In this document: positions 57,984 to 64,000 of the stretch, piece after piece
Layout: every line of letters starts with the position of its first letter
Numbering within the stretch: position 1 is the stretch's first letter
Assembly: GCA_965220045.1 (NCBI GenBank)
Contig: OZ244803.1
Coordinates: forward strand, 2,074,913-2,138,912
DNA from: Chloroflexota bacterium
Lineage (GTDB): Bacteria > Chloroflexota > UBA11872 > VXOZ01
Length of the DNA: 64,000 nt
Direction of reading: 5' to 3'
Position numbers and translations under genes: made by a program
Notes under the pieces: model-generated
Databases searched by the model: none
What the model was told of the DNA's origin: nothing
Seen by the model: the letters and a program-made list of their open reading frames with translations, nothing else

Positions 57984-58883
57984 ATGATGTCCAGCCAATC
58001 TGTACTCTTAGTTGGCGCAGATAACCTCGCGGAGCGCGTTGAGGCCTATAGGCGGCTGCTCCCGGCGGACGCCATCACTATTCTCAAGCCTGAAGGCGTT
58101 GAGGAAGGTCGGAACACGTTTCTGGGAGTACCGGTTGCGCATGAGTGGCCGCAGGCCAGCGGCGGCATTGCAGACATTGCCGGCGACATAACCGCAAGAG
58201 CGGTCACCGCGCGCCGTGCCTTGGAATACGGCAGACAAGCTATCATCCATCCGCCCTTTGGCGATTCCTACACGAATGCCGAGGCAATCCTCGCGGCGGC
58301 AGACGGCGCAATGCGCGTGGCGCTGCCGGTCCACTACACGCACAAGTACGAAGCCGCCGCCCAGTCAGCGCGATCGGGGATCGGCGAGACTATTACGGTG
58401 CGCGCCATACGCGTCTTTCCGCCGGCTCAAGCGTGGGAACAGAGCCTCTTTCACCTGTTGGAGTCGTTGGTCTTGTTGGGCGGGCCGCTGCAGAGAGTCT
58501 ACGCGAAGGCAGCGTCACTCAAGGCATCGGTCACGGACACCGTATTTTGCAACGGCCGCTTTGCAAATCGCGCCATCTTCTATGGCGAGATGAGCACCGC
58601 CTATCCCAGCCAGTACAGCAAAGAGGTCATCGAAATAACCGGCCGCGACGGCATGGTGGAATACGATTCCAATGCGCGCAGCTTCTGGATGGCAACCGAT
58701 AGCGGGGTTGCGCTTACCGAGGCCTATCACCGTGCGCCATACGAGAAGATGGCCGCCGCGTACGTGCAGTCGTGGGAGTCCGGCGGCGAGATCATCCGGG
58801 GCCTGCCGGATCCTTTGCCTGTACTGAAAGCCTATTGGCGGGCTATGGAGAGCATCATGCGGGATCAGGTGGTGACGCTGTGA
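57984..58883 (+). CDS. degenerate Gfo/Idh/MocA-like protein lacking a recognisable dinucleotide-binding glycine motif
   Basis: Size and layout resemble the neighbouring oxidoreductases, but the N-terminus reads SVLLVGADNLAERV and I see no EKP motif. The stop overlaps the next gene's GTG (GTGA 58880-58883). Confidence 0.5.
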   Translation: MMSSQSVLLVGADNLAERVEAYRRLLPADAITILKPEGVEEGRNTFLGVPVAHEWPQASGGIADIAGDITARAVTARRALEYGRQAIIHPPFGDSYTNAEAILAAADGAMRVALPVHYTHKYEAAAQSARSGIGETITVRAIRVFPPAQAWEQSLFHLLESLVLLGGPLQRVYAKAASLKASVTDTVFCNGRFANRAIFYGEMSTAYPSQYSKEVIEITGRDGMVEYDSNARSFWMATDSGVALTEAYHRAPYEKMAAAYVQSWESGGEIIRGLPDPLPVLKAYWRAMESIMRDQVVTL

Positions 58884-59911
58884 GTACGGAACGGGCCCTG
58901 AACATTGCCTGCATCTCATTCGACCACGGTCACCAGAATGGCTACGTTTCCGCAATGCTCGATCTCCCTTCCGCCCAACTCGTCGCAGCATCGGATACGG
59001 TCCCGGAACAACTCGACCGCATGCATGCCATGCTCGCCGCGCATCCGGAAGCCCCGGAAGTGCAAGTGTTCGCCGACTACCATGAGCTTTTGGAGCTGAA
59101 CGAGGTCGAAGCGGTATCGATCTGCTCGGCCAACGCCGATCACGCGCAGATGACCATCGACGCCGCCCAGGCCGGCAAGCATGTGCTGTGCGAGAAGCCG
59201 CTCTGCATCACGCTGGAAGAAGCCGACGCCATGATCGCCGCCTGTCGAGAGGCCGGTGTCTACTTGGCCACGGCATATCCCTGCCGGTTCGCGCCCGTTG
59301 CCTGGCAGGCGAAACAACGCGTGGATGCCGGCGAAATCGGCGACATTCTCGCCATGCACGGCACGAACCATCTGCGCCCGTTTACGGAAGGCTGGTTTAT
59401 CGATCCGCAGCGCTCCGGCGGTGGAACGATTCGCGATCACATCGTGCACGTTACCGACCTGATGCGCTGGTTTACGGGAAAAGAGGTGGCGGAGATCTAC
59501 GCCGAGGGTGATACTCTCAAGCGGCCGCACATCGCAGTCGATGACGTGGCGATCCTCGTCGAGACCTTTGAAGGCGGCATACTTGCCTCCACTGACCCCT
59601 CCTGGAACCGGCCGGAGAATTGGTCAAAGTGGGGCAACGTCTATCTGCGCCTGCTCGGCACGCGGGGCATGATCGAGTTTGAGATAACGGGACAAGCCGT
59701 CGTGCGCACCGAAACCAAGAGTGGGGCCATCTCGTCGATTGATACATCAGAGTCAATGAATTACTATTTGCTTAAGGATTTTTGCGAGGCAATTATCGCT
59801 GGACGCTCTCCGTTAGTCACAGGGGAAGACGGTCGCGCCGGAGTGGAAGCCATTCTGGCAGCTTATCAGTCCATTGAAGAAGGGCGACCAATCCGACTGC
59901 GCGATGGATGA
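58880..59911 (+). CDS. Gfo/Idh/MocA-family oxidoreductase
   Basis: LNIACISFDHGHQNGY N-terminus (a variant seen in this family), the VLCEKPL motif, 343 aa. Confidence 0.8.
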   Translation: MSTERALNIACISFDHGHQNGYVSAMLDLPSAQLVAASDTVPEQLDRMHAMLAAHPEAPEVQVFADYHELLELNEVEAVSICSANADHAQMTIDAAQAGKHVLCEKPLCITLEEADAMIAACREAGVYLATAYPCRFAPVAWQAKQRVDAGEIGDILAMHGTNHLRPFTEGWFIDPQRSGGGTIRDHIVHVTDLMRWFTGKEVAEIYAEGDTLKRPHIAVDDVAILVETFEGGILASTDPSWNRPENWSKWGNVYLRLLGTRGMIEFEITGQAVVRTETKSGAISSIDTSESMNYYLLKDFCEAIIAGRSPLVTGEDGRAGVEAILAAYQSIEEGRPIRLRDG

Positions 59912-59971
59912 TGTCATCGGTCCTAGCGATGGACAGCCCTTGATTTAGGCTCATTTGAGCGGAGGGAAATA

Positions 59972-60352
59972 ATGCGAAGACGAGTCTTCCTGGTAGCGGC
60001 GGGTGGCACACTTCTCAGCGCTTGCCAGCTTGGTATCGGTGAGAAACCCCCTGAAGAAGCGCAGTTTATCCCCTTGCGCATCTTGACGTACTCTGAGATC
60101 GTCCACCGGGGCAAGACAGCCATTCTCCACGCGGCTTCGAAGGAAGGGGCCGAAGTTACGCCGGTCCTCATACGGGGCGAAGAGACAATCGCAATTGAGG
60201 AGTTTACGGCGCAGACGGCGGGGGCGGACGGTTTTGTGCGCTGGACGTGGACGGTGCCCGAATCGCTGGAGCCCGGCACCTACATAATCGAGGTCACGGC
60301 GGTGGCCGAAGAGGGCCAGATCTCGTGGACTGAGGAATTCGAGGTCAAGTAG
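59972..60352 (+). CDS. small secreted lipoprotein, unknown function
   Basis: MRRRVFLVAAGGTLLSAC contains a lipobox (LSAC). GGAGGG RBS. The mature part is beta-rich. Confidence 0.65.
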   Translation: MRRRVFLVAAGGTLLSACQLGIGEKPPEEAQFIPLRILTYSEIVHRGKTAILHAASKEGAEVTPVLIRGEETIAIEEFTAQTAGADGFVRWTWTVPESLEPGTYIIEVTAVAEEGQISWTEEFEVK

Positions 60353-60372
60353 CCGCAACTCGGGAGACTGCC

Positions 60373-61437
60373 ATGGCTGGCGACCGCCTGCCCACCGCCG
60401 TCGTCGGTGTACCCACCGCAGTCGTCGGTGTGGGCCTGATTGGTGAACAACACGCCGACGTCTACGCTGCGTACGACCGGGCCGACCTCGCTTTCGTCTA
60501 TGATGCCAACCCCGATCGCGCACAGGCAGTCGCCGACCGCCTCAATTGCGCGGCCGCCCCCAATTTGGAGACGATTGTCCACTCAGAGGTAGCCCTCGTC
60601 AGCGTGGCCACCCCCGACTTCGCCCATCGCGATGCCGTCGTCACCATGCTGGAGGCCGGCAAGCACGTCCTCGTCGAAAAACCGCTGGCCACCTCCGTTG
60701 CCGACGCCGTGGCCATGGTGCAAGCCGCCGAGCGCAACAACCGCCTCTTCAGCGTGAGCCTCGGCAATCGCTGGGTCAGCGATATACAGGAACTGCGCGA
60801 CTGCGTGCAGAGCGGAGAAATCGGCGAGCCGGTCTTTGGATACTCGCGCCTCTCCGACACAGTCTGGGTGCCCACCCAGATGCTCTCCTGGGGCAGCCAG
60901 TCCGGCCCGCACTGGTTCCTCTTTCCGCACACCATGGACTACATGCGCTGGATCATCGGGCAGGAAGCGCTTAGCGTCTATGCCCGCGGCGAAAAGCGCC
61001 TGCTGCCGCAGAAGGGCGTGGATGCCTACGACTTCGTGCAGGCCATGGTGGAATTCGAGAACTGCACGATCACGTTTGAGACCTCCTGGATCGTGCCGGA
61101 AGGATACCCCGCTATCGTCGAACAATATCTCTCACTCTATGGCACCAAGGGTAAGGTCGCGCTCGACCGCTCCAGCCGCGGCTTTACGTTGGATACCGAG
61201 GAGCGCCAGCTCACAATCCGGCCCAAGATGTGGTCTTACTTCAAGACCGATGACTCGTGGGGGAATTCCATGCGCAATATGGTGGACTGCGTGCTGGACG
61301 GCGGCGAACCGGCGATATCCGCACGTGACGGTCTGGCGGTGGTCGCCATGATCGAGGCCGCCGAGCGGTCTATCGAGACCGGTCAACCGGTTGCGCCCGC
61401 CGACTTGATCGAGGAGGAGATGCAGCAGGTAGATTGA
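60373..61437 (+). CDS. Gfo/Idh/MocA-family oxidoreductase
   Basis: VVGVGLIGEQHADVY Rossmann start and VLVEKPL. The N-terminus carries a duplicated PTAVVGV heptapeptide. Confidence 0.85.
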   Translation: MAGDRLPTAVVGVPTAVVGVGLIGEQHADVYAAYDRADLAFVYDANPDRAQAVADRLNCAAAPNLETIVHSEVALVSVATPDFAHRDAVVTMLEAGKHVLVEKPLATSVADAVAMVQAAERNNRLFSVSLGNRWVSDIQELRDCVQSGEIGEPVFGYSRLSDTVWVPTQMLSWGSQSGPHWFLFPHTMDYMRWIIGQEALSVYARGEKRLLPQKGVDAYDFVQAMVEFENCTITFETSWIVPEGYPAIVEQYLSLYGTKGKVALDRSSRGFTLDTEERQLTIRPKMWSYFKTDDSWGNSMRNMVDCVLDGGEPAISARDGLAVVAMIEAAERSIETGQPVAPADLIEEEMQQVD

Positions 61438-61575
61438 CCGGTTTAGATTGGGTCAAGTCCGCGCCTATCTAATGCACTCGGTAGAACACGGACAGTTGTA
61501 GCTTTCTCACAGATTGCTTCGCCATGTTGTTTCGTGATTCGACTCTTCGGTAAGCTCAGGATTGGCAAGGTCTGC

Positions 61576-61788
61576 GCGCAGCGTTTAGCATGTAAAGATT
61601 GTTGCCATGTCCGTTCGCCCTGAGCCTGTCGAAGGGCTCTTCTGCGCAGCACTTAGCGCGAAGAGATTGTTACAAATTCCGTTCGCCCTGAGCCTGTCGA
61701 AGGGCATATCGGAGCAGCGCTTAGCACGAGAAGATTGTTACAAATTCCGTTCGCCCTGAGCCTGTCGAAGGGCTCTTCTGCGCAGCGC
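61576..61788. repeat. tandem array, three units of 68 bp, REP-type
   Basis: g(c/a)gcagc starts at 61576, 61644, 61712 and 61780 (period exactly 68). Each unit contains ccgttcgccctgagcctgtcgaaggg and a ctcttc(t)gcgc/gcgc-gaagag hairpin. Confidence 0.9.
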
Positions 61789-61887
61789 GAGGCACATACG
61801 AGAGGTGTTCTATTTTTTAGCCGCTAGATTGCGAGCCGCGTGGGGCGCAGGGACACGCCCACGCTTCATCAAAAGGGGAAGGGCATA

Positions 61888-62898
61888 ATGGACCAAATCG
61901 GCATCGGCGTCATTGCCGCCGGACAGATGGGGCAGCGGCATGCCAACGTCTATCGGCAGCTCCCTGAGGTGCAACTGCGGGCCGTGGCCGACCTCAATCC
62001 TCAGGCCGCCCACGCTGCCGCCAATCCGGCCGGCGCTGATGTCTACGCCGACTGGCGCGATCTGCTCGCCCGCGACGATGTTCACGCGGTAAGCATCTGC
62101 CTGCCGGATTGGGACCACCGCGACGCGGTGATTGCGGCGGCTGAGGCCGGGAAACACATCCTACTGGAAAAGCCGCTGGCCATCGACGTGAGCGACGCCG
62201 ACGATATGGTTGCCGCGGTGGAGCAGGCCGGAATCACGGTGCTGGTAGGACACACCCTCCACTTCGACCCCCGCTACGCCATGCCCCTAGAAGACTACCG
62301 TCGCGGCGCCATCGGCGACATCATTCACGTTTACGCCCGCCGCAACAATCCCATTGACAGCGCCGAAAAATTCGAGGGCAACACGACGGTGCTGCAATTC
62401 CTCGGCATTCACGACATCGAATACGTGCTCTCCATGGTGGACGAACCGGTGGTGCGCGTGACGGCGGAGTCCCATCAAGTGCTCGCGACCGACCTCGGCA
62501 TCGATGACGCCGTCTTCACCCTCGTGAAGTTCGCCTCCGGCGCCGTCGCCAGCTTCGAGCACGCGTGGACGCTGCCCGCTCAGACGTATCGCGCGTTGGA
62601 TGCCCGCCTCGACGCCGTCGGTTCTCAAGGCATGATCCGCATCGACTGCGCCCCTGCCACGAGCATGACGATTGGTCAAGATCAGGTCGAGACCCACGAC
62701 ACGTGGTACGGGCCCACGCTGGGCACAGACTACGTCGGCGCTATCTTCCACGAGGTGAAGCACTTCGTGGACTGCCTGCGCACCGGTGCGGAACCGGCCG
62801 TCAAGCTAAAGCACGCCCATGAAGCGGTGCGCGTGGTGGATGCGGCGCAGCGCTCAGCCGCCAGCGGCAAGACCGTCGAGCTGGCAACGGGCGCGTAG
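61888..62898 (+). CDS. Gfo/Idh/MocA-family oxidoreductase
   Basis: MDQIGIGVIAAGQMGQRH and ILLEKPL motifs. ATG 61888 preceded by AAAAGGGGAAGGG. Confidence 0.85.
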   Translation: MDQIGIGVIAAGQMGQRHANVYRQLPEVQLRAVADLNPQAAHAAANPAGADVYADWRDLLARDDVHAVSICLPDWDHRDAVIAAAEAGKHILLEKPLAIDVSDADDMVAAVEQAGITVLVGHTLHFDPRYAMPLEDYRRGAIGDIIHVYARRNNPIDSAEKFEGNTTVLQFLGIHDIEYVLSMVDEPVVRVTAESHQVLATDLGIDDAVFTLVKFASGAVASFEHAWTLPAQTYRALDARLDAVGSQGMIRIDCAPATSMTIGQDQVETHDTWYGPTLGTDYVGAIFHEVKHFVDCLRTGAEPAVKLKHAHEAVRVVDAAQRSAASGKTVELATGA

Positions 62899-62965
62899 AG
62901 TTCACGGGGACCATCTTCACATCTCGTCTATCAGGCGGACCGTCAGGTGTTTCGGGGCCAGTCCA

Positions 62966-63006
62966 CCGTTCGTGCTGAGTGCTGCGCGAAGCCCTTGTCG
63001 AAGCAC
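62966..63006. repeat. solitary REP module ccgttcgtgctgag...gcccttgtcgaagcac
   Basis: Same module as 54662-54700 inside MITE copy B. Lies between convergent gene ends. Confidence 0.7.
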
Positions 63007-63037
63007 TCCTAGACCGACGCTCGCATGCCACCTGCTC

Positions 63038-64000
63038 TCACGCCAAGACCCGCTCAAGCTGCCCGAACACCTTCTCAAACGCCCGCACGTACCCCGCCAT
63101 CAGCGTTTCATCGTTGGGCGGTGTCAATCCCATCACTGGTATGACCCTGTCGACTGCGTTTGATGCGTGCGGATAGTCCTCCGGCCTGTACTCGATCGAG
63201 CCGTCGTAGCAACATTCCCAGGGACAGCCGCGACCGTAGCCCTCCTGCTCTTGGAAGAGCGTCATCCGCGGCAGCAGAAATTCCGCGCGGCCGAGGCCGA
63301 CGCCTTCCGCCCGCAGCGCCTCCCGCACCTTTTCACTGGCGGGCCCCGCCGCGACGTTCAGTCCTGCCTCTTCCGGCGCGAATTCCGCCACGTAGCGGAA
63401 GTAGACGTGGGTGCGGTCGGGCGGCACGTGCGGCAAACGCAGACCCGGAATCCCCGCCAGGTGTTTGTCTAGATAGGCGGCGTTGGCCTGGATGTGCGCC
63501 GTAGTGGCGTCGACGCGCGTCAGTTGCGAGCGGATGAAGGCATTCGTCATCTCGGTGCCGCGGTACATCCAGCCCATACCGTAGACGTTGTACTCACGTT
63601 CGCCGTCGGAGCGCCGCCGTTCGCCGAACTGCTGCACCCGCGCCGCCATGTCCCAGGCATCCTCGTCGTCGGTGACCAGCGCGCCGCCTTCGCCGCCGGG
63701 TAGGTTCTTGTTGCCGTTGAAGCTGAACGCGCCGACGTGCCCGAGCGTGCCGACCATGCGCCCCTGATACGTCGCCCCCTGCGCCTGACAGCAGTCCTCG
63801 ATCACCTGCAGACCGTGCTTCTCTGCCACCGCCAGAATGCCGTCCATGTCGGCGGGCAGACCGTAGAGATGGACCGGCAGGATGGCGCGAGTACGCGTCG
63901 TGATCTTGGCTTCTACCTGCTGCGGGTCCAGCGTGTACGTCGCCGGATCGATGTCGGCAAAGACCGGGATGGCGTTGTGGTGGAGGATGCACGTGGCCGT
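63038..64000 (-). CDS. DegT/DnrJ/EryC1/StrS-family aminotransferase (5' end beyond the right edge)
   Basis: The frame stays open from 64000: TATCILHHNAIPVFADIDPATYTLDPQQVEAKITTRTRAILPVHLYGLPADMDGILAVAEKHGLQVIEDCCQAQGA...FSFNGNKNLPGGEGG. The track lists it only from the internal Met at 63847. Confidence 0.85.
   Translation of the reverse strand, partial: TATCILHHNAIPVFADIDPATYTLDPQQVEAKITTRTRAILPVHLYGLPADMDGILAVAEKHGLQVIEDCCQAQGATYQGRMVGTLGHVGAFSFNGNKNLPGGEGGALVTDDEDAWDMAARVQQFGERRRSDGEREYNVYGMGWMYRGTEMTNAFIRSQLTRVDATTAHIQANAAYLDKHLAGIPGLRLPHVPPDRTHVYFRYVAEFAPEEAGLNVAAGPASEKVREALRAEGVGLGRAEFLLPRMTLFQEQEGYGRGCPWECCYDGSIEYRPEDYPHASNAVDRVIPVMGLTPPNDETLMAGYVRAFEKVFGQLERVLA

Noticed and set aside
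61576-61788. Possible CRISPR array (regular short repeats)
   Set aside because: The whole 68-bp unit repeats, so there are no unique spacers between conserved repeats. No cas genes lie nearby, and the unit shares modules with the REP/MITE family elsewhere in the window.

Overview
GC-rich bacterial chromosomal segment of about 55 protein genes, one IS element, and no rRNA, tRNA or CRISPR that I could find. The gene content suggests Chloroflexota or a related high-GC Terrabacteria lineage: UPF0182, split purS/purQ/purL, many Gfo/Idh/MocA genes and GGAGG-type RBS. That taxon call is inference only. Most of the window is housekeeping: arginine genes (argH', argG, argD), folK, galU, a polyprenyl synthase, mnmE, pyrE, recQ and nrdR. 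A 12-kb co-directional block runs purS-purQ-purL-purF-purM-purN, a cyclohydrolase-like gene, folD, eno, larB, larC. Between these sit accessory modules: six Gfo/Idh/MocA paralogs, two DegT aminotransferases, Amidohydro_2 enzymes, an ADP-ribosylglycohydrolase/DMT/oxidoreductase operon, an AAC(3)-type acetyltransferase, VanW, VanZ, a membrane-anchored ankyrin protein and an FtsH-like protease next to UPF0182. No canonical defence system, prophage or CRISPR array was recognised. The observations most worth a second look are these. (1) The nrdR gene carries two tandem CxxC-x22-CxxC zinc ribbons instead of one. (2) A modular REP/MITE repeat family occurs as two oppositely oriented ~230-bp TIR-bounded elements, a 3 x 127-bp array inside the arg cluster and a 3 x 68-bp array between oxidoreductase genes. 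(3) An IS481-family element with 50-bp TIRs sits in the loop of a REP hairpin. (4) The FtsH paralog has its acidic post-Walker-B segment replaced by a Gly/Met-rich tract, and three 18-bp direct repeats separate it from the UPF0182 gene. (5) A cupin gene is interrupted by a single in-frame TAG. (6) Two divergent genes share 42 bp of 5' coding sequence. All functional calls come from reading the translations by eye; no database search was run.
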